A stretch of 64,000 nt of DNA from assembly GCF_009914755.1 (NCBI RefSeq), contig NC_060942.1. One strand, written 5' to 3'. Both the position numbers and the translations under genes were made by a program. A model generated the notes under the pieces. The model saw nothing but the letters and a program-made list of their open reading frames with translations, was not told the origin of the DNA and did not search any database. Positions 1-12,979 of the stretch are shown here, one piece after another. The stretch is from the human T2T-CHM13v2.0 reference genome, Homo sapiens. Numbering within the stretch: position 1 is the stretch's first letter; every line of letters begins with the position of its first letter.

Positions 1-318
1 AGTGGTGTGTCCCTGTAATCCCAGCTACTTGGGAGTCTGAGGCAGGAGAATTTCTTGGGTCCAGGAGTTCTGGGCTGTAGTGAGCTATGTGGCTGAGGTG
101 TCTGCACTAAGTTTGGCATTAACACAGTGACCTCCAGCAGCAGAGGACCAGCAGGCTGCCTAAGGAGGGATGAACCATTTAAGGATGAAAATAGAGCAAG
201 TCAAACTCCTGTGCTAATCAGTAGTGGGATTATGCATGCGAATAGCCACCACACTCCAGCCTGGGCAACAGAGAGAGACTCAATCTCCTAAAAATAAAAA
301 TAATAAATAAATAAATAA
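1..318 (+). pseudogene. 7SL (SRP RNA) processed pseudogene, first few nt outside the window
   Basis: Alu-like ends enclose the 7SL S-domain (CCAGGAGTTCTGGGCTGTAGTG...GCACTAAGTTTGGCAT...GCCTAAGGAGGG...ATCAGTAGTGGGAT). CpGs are decayed; A-rich/(TAAA)n tail ~289-318. Confidence 0.93.
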
Positions 319-639
319 GAGTTAATATTAGTGTCCTCATCAGTCTAATGAGAGAATTAATATTCTACAAATCGCTCATCATGACGCCTGATAACTAATC
401 ATGACCACCGCTCCCATCCCCCAACTGCTAGTCATTATCACATTCAAGAAGGTCTCAACAAAGGCCTCAGAAGCCACAGTGATCCTCTCCTTACAGCCCG
501 GTCTTTGGCCTTTTCGACTCTAAAGACTCGAACCTCCAATCTCTTTCAGTTTCAGAGGTCCAACTTTGACCCTTGTGAGGCAGACACTAAAGATTTAAGA
601 AAGAGAATTACTAAGAGGCAATCAGGTTAAGTAATGAAA

Positions 640-830
640 AGGACACTGTTTATAGTCAGCAGACGTGCATTTGAAATACTGGCTTTGCAAATTAAAGCCA
701 GTTGCCTTAGACAAAGTTTAGGTTTTTATGTCCCAGTTTCCTCAACTGTACAATGGTGGTAAGTTTGCTTCAATAAGTTGTAAGAATTAAGTCAGATATT
801 TATATATAGTATGCATCAGGCATTAAGAAT
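640..830 (+). mobile_element. MIR fragment
   Basis: Core-like CCCAGTTTCCTCAACTGTACAATGG followed by GTTGTAAGAATTAAGTCAGATA. Confidence 0.65.
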
Positions 831-872
831 ATGGTAGCTAGGATATTGCTGATGGACTTGATGACACAGGAG

Positions 873-1570
873 TGTTGGGGAAACATAATTAAAAAGAAAA
901 TGTCCTCTCAAACCAGAAACCCTCTCCACAAAGGTGAAAAAGAAAGAAAATAACTTCATTATTTAATCAGCATCTAACTGTAATGCAATGTGCATCACAG
1001 GCAATCTTCTAAGAGATTGCAAAGACAGAAGGAAATTTCACCCTTTTATGTAACTAAGCAGACACAATCTATTCCATGCATGCTCTCGAGATAAGCAGTA
1101 ACTAGCCTTTGAGTAAGAAAACTAGACAGCACCACTTATCACAAATAGCTCATCCTATATTCAATTGGGATGAATCTACTTGAGATGATCATGTGTGAGC
1201 TAACTGCTTCATGCCAAGGGGAAAAATATCTCCTATCTTTATGAGAGGAGATAGTTTTGGAGCAAGCACCCACCTAAGTTAAGATTCCACCCTCCCAAAG
1301 ACACTGGGAGATGAGGGCTATCTTCCTTCCTGATCACATTACAAAGGGATGTTCCCAGTCCCCTGAGAAAAAACATTCCCAGGCCCTAAAACTGACAAAA
1401 GGCTTATTTAGTTTTTTAAAAGGTTTACAGGCATTTCCAAGAGACACAGAGAGAATTCACAAGTTTTCTAAAGTCAATGGTCCAACACAAAGGAGGAGCT
1501 AAGTCTCTTCCTTTATTTTCAATGTGGGAGAATTAGGCCTCCTATTTTAAAATTTGTATTTGCCCATACA
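873..1570 (-). mobile_element. ERV1 solo LTR, MER39/MER34 group
   Basis: TG...CA termini. The minus strand begins TGTATGGGCAAATACAAATTTTAAAATAGGAGGCCTAATTCTCCC, resembling the recalled MER39 5' end. Confidence 0.7.
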
Positions 1571-2010
1571 ATAGGTGAGCTTCAAAAAGAAGAGAAGACT
1601 TCTAAGAGGAAAGGAGATACAAAGAAACTCAGAACAACAGGAGGCATGTTGGTCCCTCACCAGTCTCATGGCCTGAAACACATCAGCATACCAGCATACC
1701 AAAGTTATAATAGGTGGAGGGAATACCTGCAGGAAATTAAGAGAATAAGAATTAAGCAAAATGAAAATTGTTTGTAGAATCACCATGGAGAAAATGCCAG
1801 GGAACAGCATTCAGTAATAGTTGGTACTCAGGTCCTTGTTCCAAGCATCAGGCCATGCTGCTGATGCCGTGGTAGACAAGAGGAACACAGTCGCTTCCTC
1901 ACAGCAGCTTACAGTCTGAGAGAAAAGACATCACAGTGAAACTATGGCAATGCATTTGCTGGGGAACCATTTGACCAAGCTGCCTCAGCTGCTCTGAACA
2001 AGGTATAGAC

Positions 2011-2213
2011 CAAGATTTTCCAACCCGCAGCCCAGGAAGGCTTTGAATGTGGCTCAACACAAATTTGTAAATTTTCTTAAAACATTATGGTATTTTTTGT
2101 GTGATTTTTTTTAAAGCTCATCAGGTATCATTAGTGTTCGTGTATTTTATGTGTGGCCCAAGACAATTCTTCCTCTAGTGTGGCCCAGGGAATTCAAAAT
2201 TTGGACACCCCTA
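2011..2213. mobile_element. MER30 hAT-Charlie non-autonomous DNA transposon
   Basis: MER30-type body (TTTTATGTGTGGCCCAAGACAATTCTTC), TIR-like ends, 8-bp TSD GTATAGAC/GTGTAGAC. Confidence 0.85.
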
Positions 2214-5200
2214 GTGTAGACATTAACGATGGATTGCACAAAAGATTCAGGTTGGATTAGACCTTGAAAACCTATAGAAGGATACAAAAACAACTAAGCT
2301 TTTGTATTTTTAGACATTTCTTTCTTCGCCACTATCAAGTCTGATGCCACAGAGAAAGCATAAAGATAAAAAACATCAAAAACCCACTCCAACTGGATAT
2401 TGAACCCAATTCATTTTTCTACTACCAACCATAAACCTATTTTTTTGTCCTCTCATGAATGATTCAGTAATATGCTACTTAGGTAGTAGAAAGTAGATGG
2501 AATCTTTCATGGTATTTCTACAAGACAATTAAGGTTTGAATCATACCCTTGCCCAAGTTGGGCTATTCTTCATCTTCTTTGTTTAAAAAATTCATGTCAA
2601 TTGATTAAACTATGCTGACTATTCAAGGCAACTAAAATTAATTGTAATACTATAGGGCCACAGTCACCTGCATTCTTGGATAACTGGATATTTGACTTTG
2701 TTCTTCTAATCTGTTGTGTTTGCAAGAGATTCCAAAATGCCCACAAGCCTTACAAGTTTCTAGATTCCTTATTATACCTTCAATCATGACAACATTGAAT
2801 CACTGGCTTGCTTCACTTTGTTCCCTTCTAGCTTCTGGTGAAGAAATCAGAAAGCAATAAATAAAAGAAGAGCTTAAAGAGCTGAAGACATTTCCCTAAC
2901 ATGCCAGACTCTAGGTGTTGCCTCAGCCTTCAAATCCAGAATTTGAGCTCTGACTATTACATGAAGGAGCAGGACAGACAGAGGAGATACTGTGACCTGG
3001 AACTACACACCAATCCCTTGGCAAGAGCCACAGTGATGTTATCCCCCCATTAAAGATCCCTGGTGCGGATCAACCTCCCTCCTTCTGATCAGAGCAGAAG
3101 GCAAAGCTTCACTTGTTTGTCCTTGCTTTTGCCTTTGGTTCCTAAAGTTTCATTGACAAATGTGTTGTCTAAAAACTTTCTCCTCCCACCCCAATAACTG
3201 AATGTTATTGAAAACATGCTCATTTTCTCTTCATTACATTTACCAAAAATATACTCTTCAAAATAAGCACTTTGTATTAAAAAGACACGATTTTGAAATC
3301 ACGCTATGTTAGTGGGAACACTAAATCAGAATTCAGTGTTTTAGCCTAAGTTTTAACATTAACTCCTTATTTGATCTTGAGTAATTTTATTTAATTTCTC
3401 TGTCATGATTTTCTGACTTCTAAGGTTTCTGTCAATCTGATACTAGGTTGTAAATTTTGACTTATGAAGCTGAAAGTTCTGTGAGGGCTAGGACTGCTCC
3501 TTTTTATAATATAATATTTTATTTTATATAATATTTGTATTTATATCATTTGTCCTTTCAATTACCTCAACCTACACATAGGAAATGTGCAGTCTACATT
3601 TTTGAATGAGGTAAGGCAGGCTAGCTGCAGAGATCAACTGAGTGAATGGATTTGAGATCACTTTGAACATCATAAATTGATTTATACCTATTAGGTCTTA
3701 TTCTGAAGAGTATCACTGTGACATTTCAGGAGAGCACATTACCTTGGAACTAGCCGATGGACCAGCACACCAAAATGTCTAAGGGGTACATTGTTATAAA
3801 AGAGAATCTATTTCTGCACACTGATGCACTTGTTAAAATGTGTTCACAAAGACAATTAAAATGGAAGATATGTGAAATGATTTTCTCTCGTTCAAAAGTT
3901 ATGCCAACTTTCCATTCTCAAAGGTCACATGAATCAAGATGCTGTGTGCCAGCACATTCTCATTAGTATGCACTCGAAGTCCAAGCACCATTAGTGGCAT
4001 TTGGGCACAGATTGCTCACTGATCGCTTTCAACAAGCTGCATGTTGGGAATGTGAGCCTCTCTATTTTGTTACATTTCCTTTTATCTTTGGGAGAGTTGC
4101 ATTTCATCCAGCATTTTAAGAACAATTCTTTTACGGACTTGCCTCCAAAATTAGATTCCTATAATCCTATTTCTTTTTTTCTATTGAATTGCTGTTGTCT
4201 AGATTAAAAATTCACATAACTAAGATGTTTGCCAAAAAAGAGCTCAAATTTCTAATAATTAGAAAACGGAAACAGAATTATTAGTGCCAGATTAAAAAAA
4301 TGCAACCTGATTTTATAACAGAGTTTGTTCAGCCTATGCATTTTAAAGGAATTTTACAATGGTGCTCCAATTTGTAGCCTAGTACATAACTAATCTAAGA
4401 TTTTTCATCCAGAACAGATGGTGGGAAAGCATTCCTTTGACTTAGTTTACCACTGTCCAGTGCCTTGTTATAATTCCACGCACAGTGAATGCTTGAGAAA
4501 TATATGAACAGCATGAAGATGCTCTCTGCATTTACTTCAAGCACATGCTGGGACATGCAACGAAATCATGTGTCTTTGAATGCTACAGCCAGACTTATAT
4601 TTTAGATACATTCTTACAGAATGAGTGATGTAGTGATCTCTAAATAGAAAGAGAAATGGGAATGTGATTTGAAAGATCAGGATAAAAACAGTTTTTAAAA
4701 ATTTGTTCCTGCACTCAAAGAGAAGGAAACAAAATAAACTGAGGATAGTGACTTAATACACATTTAATACCATCTTTATTTCTAGATGGAACAGATTGAA
4801 TGTTCTATTCATATGCTAAAACAAATTTAAAAGCAGTATAATTCTGTATTCAATAAATAGATAGCAGGTCATATTAAAACTATACTGAATTTTCATACAG
4901 GAAAAGAATAAACATATATAGAAACAGAAAAAAAATGTGTAAATACATGGACCCAGAGAGAACTGACAAGTGTTACAGGAATAAAAATCTAACTGATCTT
5001 TTGGATTTTAAAGACAAAGACTTTGAATATGAGGTCACGTTTATAAAACCACAAGCCAAGGTATAGATATCACTCTTTTATTTTGAGAACGGATATTTCG
5101 ATATCCAGATTCTCCTGTGTCCCACATGAATTTGTTGATGAAAACGGAGGAAGGTGGCTTTCCCCAGAGTCCCTCCAGTTCCCTAACATGCAACTTTTAG

Positions 5201-5405
5201 TGAGTATTTTCCTGGATCAGTGGAAATGTCTAAATGAGCTCAGAAAAGTCTTCAGGCCAGAAGACTCATGGACTTGCTCCATACTGGGAGATGACTAGAA
5301 TTTTGATGAGTCAGATTTCAAGGACTCGTGGCTTACGATGCTTTTCTTATGGCTTTTCTACCCTAAACGTTTCTTTCTATTTGACGTCATAAAAGATATC
5401 TGAAG

Positions 5406-5790
5406 TGTATTAAGCAATTTTGCTGCAATAACAAACAGCCCCCAAAATCTCAGTAGTTTATTTCTCACTCATGGCTCTGTGGTTCAGCTGGAGGCCATGA
5501 TCCATGGTAAAGGCAGGATTCGGGTCTATTCCGTGTATACGACATCCCGCGATCCAGGACACGTGAGAAGTGGATACCCAGGACATACTCTTCTCATGCA
5601 GGGGAAATGAGCACAGAAGGCCAAACCAAATCACACAAGCACATTTAGAGCATCCACCCTGTGCCTCACTGTCACACCCATTCCCATTCCAGTGAAGGTT
5701 GCATGGCCAGGCCAACATCACCGAGGCAGGAAAACCTGCTCCTCCTACATGAAGGAGGACTGAATATTTGCTGAAAAAAAATACAATCAA
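5406..5790 (-). mobile_element. MaLR LTR, MLT1J/K-like
   Basis: TTGCTGCAATAACAAACAGCCCCCAAAATCTCAGT...GGCCAAACCAAATCACACAAGCACATTT...GAATATTTGCTGAA. Confidence 0.75.
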
Positions 5791-8129
5791 GCATAAAGTG
5801 GTTCTAAAGAGCGTGCTGATATTCTTTATATCATCTTGCTGTAAATTAATAAAAAATGCCTTATGCTTTATTTCACACTGCTGCCCACTCTTCTGGGCCA
5901 CAGCAACTGTGGAGTCACCCTTGACATGGGTTTGCAGAAAGCCAAGGTTCAGAGACAAGCTCAGTTCTTCTGTTGTCCCACTTAATGCTTAAGGCATCCC
6001 AATGAGGCAAGCATTGTAACCCACATTGCACACTGACCTCTGAAATCGCTCACCAGTTAGAGAGTGCTATGTGAACACAGGGCAGAGTCAGATCCACACC
6101 CAGGCCTATCTGACTCCAGCACCTTTTCTGTGAATCCCTCCACTCTGCTTCCCTGATTCCATCATACTGTCTTTATGCTGTACTACAAGTTAGAGCACAT
6201 CACCTCTTGCATCTGTTATAATTAAGTAAAAGACCCTAACTTGTTCTCAGAACACAGATTCATGCACCTACTCAGAGACATAAAGCATCAATTTAAATAT
6301 TTAGTGATAAACAGGGTGACTAAACCAGCAAAAGATGCCAGAAAACTAAATCTGCCTCTACCAAAACTCCAAAATACAATATTTACTACCTCTGTCTTTG
6401 TTTTCTGCACTCCAATTTTCTGCCTGAAATACAAGACTAGCAAAGAGTCTCAGGACTAAATTTGGCCGGGTTGCACTTTCTGAGATTATGAAGTTGCAGG
6501 GAATCGAAGCTGCCATTCATAATCATTAGTTACAGAATTCTTTCTCTGCGGGTCAGGACAGAATCATATTTCGTCGTTCCCTCGCCTCTGCTGTATTGGA
6601 AGAAGTGATAGCCAGGTTACAGAGAAAGTCCTTTTTATTCATTTTGTCCAGATCTAGAAAGTACTGAGTCTCTGTAAATCAGTGGTTTTATTAACGGTGG
6701 AATCCTTTCTTCAAATGATATTTTATAACATGCATCTTTTCCAGAATCTTTATATGCAGAACAGAAAACCCTTTACTCTGATGGGAGTTGCCCTGGTAAA
6801 GAAAGGGGCAGGACTGGCTCGCCCTTTCCATCATCGTCTTTCTACCCTGCTGCTTTCTCTACAGGAGCCCAGGTAACCCATGATCTAGGTAAGAAAAAGG
6901 TCACATCTCAAATAGGCCTGAGTTTTTATTGCAAAAGCCTCATGAACTGGATGTTACTTCCCCAGGGGGCCATCAACATCCATGCATGCACCTGTGTGTC
7001 GCACAACTACTCACGTCTTTCCCTTTACCTGTAATGATCTTCAAGTCCTGGTGACTTCTACACAGCCTTACAAGTTCAGACCGAAGGTTTTGAGCTCAGA
7101 AGAGGAAAATAATTTCTTCTTCACCTATCTTGTGCACACCAATGTCAGGGCATTTCACAATATGCTATAGTTAATTCCATCCTGTTCATGTCCACTATTA
7201 AACATTTTCTTGAGAGTTACACTGGTTTCTCATTCAGCAACATATCCTCAACAATTTGTATAGTATCTAGCACAGAGCAGCCTAAGTTTTATCTCATTTA
7301 TCTGAATTGAACAAAGCACATGTACTGAAATGCAAGTGTTACATTTGGAGCTATCCAATGTCCCTGTCGATTTATCTATGGCAAGACATGTAACCCCATT
7401 TTTCCATGAAGGAAATACCAATTCGTGTTCTGTTGAAATTTAATTTGCTAGTAAAAATTGATTAAGAATTCTTCTAATACTAAGGATTACAGAAACAATG
7501 GGAAAATGTTGTCAGCCAGACTTTGGAGCCATTTGAAGTTACAATATGTCTTGGTCTACTCAGCATTTAATTAGTCATTCTGTCTGTCTTAACTTAAAAA
7601 GTGGAGCAGGCATTTGCTTAATTCAATAGGCTTTACAAGGACTTCTTTTTAATTTGTCCCTTTGCTTTTAAATTGTTCAGAGTCTTATTTTCAGGACAGG
7701 CTCCCTTTAATCAACAGACGGTGCAGAGCAGCGGCAGGAAAACAGAATCATCAGGAGAGAGAAGTTACTTCAATTTCCTTGTAAATGAGTCATGTAAGGC
7801 TGACATCATAGTGACAAATGCAAACTTACTTCAGAAAACACCATCATGGGTAATGTTCCTGAGGTGGTGGTGGCTGGTCAAGGGAGCTCAGGCGGCAGGT
7901 CTGCCAGACTCGGTAGAAAGTAAGGAAACACCCCCTCATTCTAGGGGTACACCCATTTACTGTGAATGAATGACCTGAAGAAGACAATCTGGAAACTCTT
8001 AGACTTCTGGAAGCTACTTTTAGCTTGGGGAGGATATACACAATATCCACAGGTTCCCATGTTCTCCATTGGATACTGATGCAAATAGTGGAACACTGTT
8101 GCTCTAAGGAGAAGCCCTTGTGTGGAATG

Positions 8130-9690
8130 CAGTCACATGCTGCATGACAACATGTCTGTCAACAATGGAGCACATATAAGATTGGAATCCTATAACGTTA
8201 TAATAAAGCTGAAAAATTCCTACTGTCTAGTGATGTCATAGCCATCCTCATATCATAGTGTGAGGCATTACTCACATGTTTGTGGTGGTGCTGGTGTAAA
8301 CAAACCTATTGCACAGCCAGTCGTATAAAAGTCTAGCACATGCAATTATGTACAGAACATAATACTTGATAATAAACTACTGTGTTACTGGTTTATGTGT
8401 TACTATATGATACTTTTTATTATCTTTTAATTTTAGAGTGCACTTCTACTTCTAAAAAAAGAAGTTCACTGTAAAACAACCTCAGGCTGGTCCTTCAGGA
8501 GGTATTCCAGAAGAAGGAATTATCATATAAGAGATGGCAACTCCATGCATGTTACTGCCCCTGAAGACTTTCCAGTGGGACAAGACGTGGAGGTGAAAGA
8601 GAGCAATATTGATGACCCTGACCCTGTGCAGACCTAGGTTAATGTGTGTGTTTGTGGCTTAGTTGTAATGAAGAAAAGCTTTTAAAAAATTAAATTTTAG
8701 TAAAAAAATGCTTATAGAATAAACATAAAAGGAAACAAAGTTATTTTGTACAACTGCGCAATGTTTTTGTTTCCTGCTAAGTGTTATTACAAAAGAATCG
8801 GAATGGTTGAAAAATATTTAAATGTTTACAAAGTAAAAAGTTACAGTAAGCTAAGGTTAATTTGTTATTGAAGAAAGAAAAAAAATATATATATATATAT
8901 ATATTTTTTTTTTTTTGAGACAGAGTCTTTCTCTGTTGCCCAGGCTGGAGTGCAGTGGTGCGATCTCGGCTCACTGCAAGCTCCACCTCCCGGGTTAACA
9001 CCCATTCTCCTGCCTCAGCCTCCGGAGTAGCTGGAACTACAGGCGCCTGCCACCATGCCCCTGGCTAATTTTTTTTTTGTATTTTTAGTAGAGATGGGGT
9101 TTCACCATGTTAGCCAGGATGGTCTCGATCTCCTGACCTCGTGATCCACCTGCCTCAGCCTCCCAAAGTGCTGGGATTACAGGCGTGAGCCACCATGCCT
9201 GGCTGAAAAATATTTTTAATAAATGTGGTATAGCCTAAGCCTACAGTAGTGCATAGTAGTATCCTAGGCTTTCACATTCACTCAGCACTCATTTATTGAC
9301 CACCCATGCAGATTCCAGCCCTGCAAGCTCCATTCATGGTAAGTGTCCTAGGCAAGTGTACCATTAAAAAATAACAATAATTATATATATATATACATAC
9401 ATATATATATATATGTATTCAATCGTCTGTTTTTACTAAGCCTTTTCTATGTTTAAATATGTTTAAATACATAAATATCATTGGGTGGCAATTGCCTACA
9501 GCATTCAGCACAGTACATGCTTTATAGGTTTATAGCCAAGGAGCAATAGGCTACACCAGGCAGCCTAGGTATGTATAGGCTATACTATCTAGGTGTGTGT
9601 AAGTGCACTCTGTGATGTTTCTGCAGTGATGAAATTGCCTAATGAAGTATTTGTCAGAATGTATCCTCACTGCTAAACAACTTATGACCA
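8130..9690 (+). mobile_element. Tigger3b (MER7/Golem group) DNA transposon, interrupted by an AluY
   Basis: CAGTCA... start; AGCTGAAAAATTCCTA, GTCCTTCAGGAGGTATTCCAGAAGAAGG and TTCCAGTGGGACAAGA blocks; end CAGAATGTATCC...ATGAC. Confidence 0.88.
8904..9204 (-). mobile_element. AluY
   Basis: Full dimer with AluY diagnostics (GCAAGCTCC, CCATTCTCC, TTAGCCAGGATGGTCTCGATC). TSD AAAAATATTT, one copy (TA)n-expanded. Confidence 0.92.
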
Positions 9691-9713
9691 TTGTTAGAAT
9701 ATTTGTTCTTCTT

Positions 9714-10166
<453 letters not shown>

Positions 10167-10529
10167 TTACATAAATGCTTACCTCTGACCTCCAAAAGAA
10201 AGTACATTTGAATACAAAAACAGGGCATCTTAGTCCAAAAGACTAAAGGAAGAGTGAGCCCACTAGGACGGCATCTCAGTGCCTCAACAACCTGATGCCC
10301 CCAGACCAAGTACCCCCGTACCCCTTGGAACTGCAGCAAATGCAATGACAGCAGTCACAGGAGCTAACTGAGCAGTTACAGAACTAGGTCATCCAGGAAA
10401 ATCTGCAGTAATCTCCTTTGGCATCAGAAGTAATCTGGTGGATTCAGGGTGGGGGACCATGGACATAATCTGGGCAGAGCATTTTCATGCTGTTTTCTAT
10501 GATGTCATGTCACTCCCCATTCTAAACCC

Positions 10530-10930
10530 CCAGTGTCTCCTAGGATAAAATCTAAAATCCTGATCGCAACTCCGAGTCCCTGCAGGCATCTCCAGTCTCA
10601 CCTGCTCTCCCTTCCTCCTTCATCTCCTCTCCGGTCCTCCCACACACCCTTCCTTGACTGACTGCCCTACTCATCTTCTGCTCCCAGCAGAAAGGACGCG
10701 TCTTCAGAGTCACCTTCATCTCCGCAGCCCTCACCTAACTCAGGACCCCTCTTTGATTCTCTCATGCACCCCCTACTCTCCTTGATTGCCTCTCATATGT
10801 GATTCTTTGTTCACGGCTGTCTCCCATCAGTACTGGGAACTTCTTGAAAACAAGGCCAATGCCTGTTATTTTTTTTACCACTGTATTTCCAAGTCTAGCA
10901 TTCCACCCGGAAAGCAGCAGAAACATATGC
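10530..10930 (+). mobile_element. L2 3' fragment
   Basis: AGGATAAAATCTAAAATCCT...GCTGTCTCCCATCAGTACTGGGAACTTCTTGA...CCACTGTATTTCCAAGTCTAGCA. Confidence 0.6.
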
Positions 10931-11339
10931 ACTTTTTAAATTTAATTAATTTAATTTAATTTAATAAATTATGTTTTTAAATGTGATAGTCATTTTTTAA
11001 TTTAATAAATCAAGGAATAAGTTATATACCATGAATAGAAAGAAAAAAGAATGTAGTCACTTCTGAAATCTGGACAACATGTCTGATAGTGCGCAGTCAT
11101 CAGCACTATTGCGAAAAATCCTTTTAAAAAGTGTGAGCTACATGTCACTTAACTACTGACTTAAAAGGATGCACGTGTGTTACCCATCCATCAGGTCTGG
11201 ATTGCGCCGAGTGCTCACCTCTGTGTCCTTGGCCTCGATGACAGCACAAAAGCATTCGAACAATATACAGTGTTTGTTAACCCTAAGTGCTCCCACTCAT
11301 TGAATAGCCACTGTTTGCCAAGTGAGAATACACATGCTC

Positions 11340-11445
11340 ACATTTCACAGAGAAGGAAACTGAGACCCAGAGGTGTGAAATGACTTTCTCAAGACTGTAA
11401 TGCTAACACATTGTAACACCAGAAACTTAGGACACCATGTCCATG
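11340..11445 (-). mobile_element. MIR fragment
   Basis: CATTTCACAGAGAAGGAAACTGAGACCCAGAGGTGTGAAATGACTT. Confidence 0.7.
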
Positions 11446-11450
11446 CTGTG

Positions 11451-12130
11451 TCATTCATTCTTCACTAGTTTATTGATTCAGCAAATATGAATCACTGGCT
11501 GCATGCAAGACACTCTGCTAGACATCGGAGATCCCGCTGTGAACAAGCGTCACAACGGCCCTGCTTCCATGGAGCTTGGGTCGCAGCAGATGAAGAACAA
11601 AAGTAAACAACCGAGTACAGGTAAGTCCATCTGTCCATAAGGGCTGTAGGAAATAAGTCCTCCGTGATATGATGGTGAAGGGCAGGTGGGGAGATGGCAT
11701 CTCCGGCCGGGCACCAGGGAAAGGTACTTGGGGCCGCGGTATCTAGCCTGAGATGTGAGCGACAAGAGTGAGTCAGCGGGGGCTCTGGGTCTGCAGCAAG
11801 CCTCCAGGGTGAGGAGCAGCAAGTGCAGACACCACTACAGCCCAGAAAGGTGAGTGCGAGGGGCTCGGCCCATCAGGGAGAGGGCGTGGGGTGCGGGGGT
11901 AGTGGAGCTGGAGACCCTGGGCCGAGCTCCCAGTGCAAGGAAAGGTGCAGCGGCGCTGGGGCTGAGTGCTTAGGGACCTAAGTCAGAGAAGAACACAGCG
12001 CTGCTAAAGCTCACACAGTGCACTCACTCAGGACTGCAGGGAGAAGCGGGGGAAATACTAAGGTACATTAGGGTCCAGAAGAGAGACGGTGTGACTTGAC
12101 TTAGGCAGCAGGCAAGAGGAGGAGCGGAGA
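11451..12130 (-). mobile_element. L2 3' region, unusually CpG-rich
   Basis: TCATTCATTC...ATTCAGCAAATAT...ACTCTGCTAGACA...GCCCTGCTTCCATGGAGCTT matches the L2 3' end. The distal boundary is approximate. Confidence 0.65.
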
Positions 12131-12477
12131 GCAGAGGCAGAGGCAGAGGCAGAGGCAGACAGGACTAGGGGGAAATGTGTCCAGAAGGACTCATGCCTTC
12201 ACCTTCAGGGAGCCACAGGCTGGGGGCAGGAGGGTTGGGAAGCAGCAATCAGGCTGTCACTGACCTCATGAAGATGGACAGCCCATTGCAGGTGAGTCTC
12301 TGATTGTGGGCACCTTCTTATAAAAAGAGAAAGCCAAAATAGGAATACAAGGTTTGTATTTTGCCAAGACATTTTTATAACAAATATTTGGGAAGGCCTT
12401 GATCTTGGAATTAATGAAGCTTCTTAACTGTACAAAATTAGTTTTATTAAATCTTAATAAATGATGCTCATTTTGGT

Positions 12478-12539
12478 GTTTGTGTGTGTGTTTGTGTGTG
12501 CGTACGTGCGTGCGTGCATGTGTGTGTGTGTGAGTGTGT
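12478..12539. repeat. Imperfect (TG)n/(CGTG)n microsatellite in place of an Alu A-tail
   Basis: Read directly; lies between the Alu body and its TSD GCTCATTTT. Confidence 0.9.
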
Positions 12540-12861
<322 letters not shown>

Positions 12862-12979
12862 TGAAACCTTCTACATGTAACCGGACGTTCCTCAAAGGGG
12901 CTCTTCTTTCTGTGGATGCTGGTAGTTGATGCATCCCTCGCTCTCCTAGCCAAGGTCTGTCCCAGAGTTCCCAGATGCA

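Noticed and set aside
5091-5106. GGATAT-TTCG-ATATCC UUCG hairpin
   Set aside because: Only 6 bp and lacks the C-G closing pair; expected by chance
5458-5958. 166-aa minus-strand ORF
   Set aside because: Mostly read-through of the MLT1 LTR
10530-12130. Tail-to-tail L2 pair as a miR-28/151-like hairpin source
   Set aside because: The tails are about 500 bp apart and too diverged for a compact pre-miRNA stem
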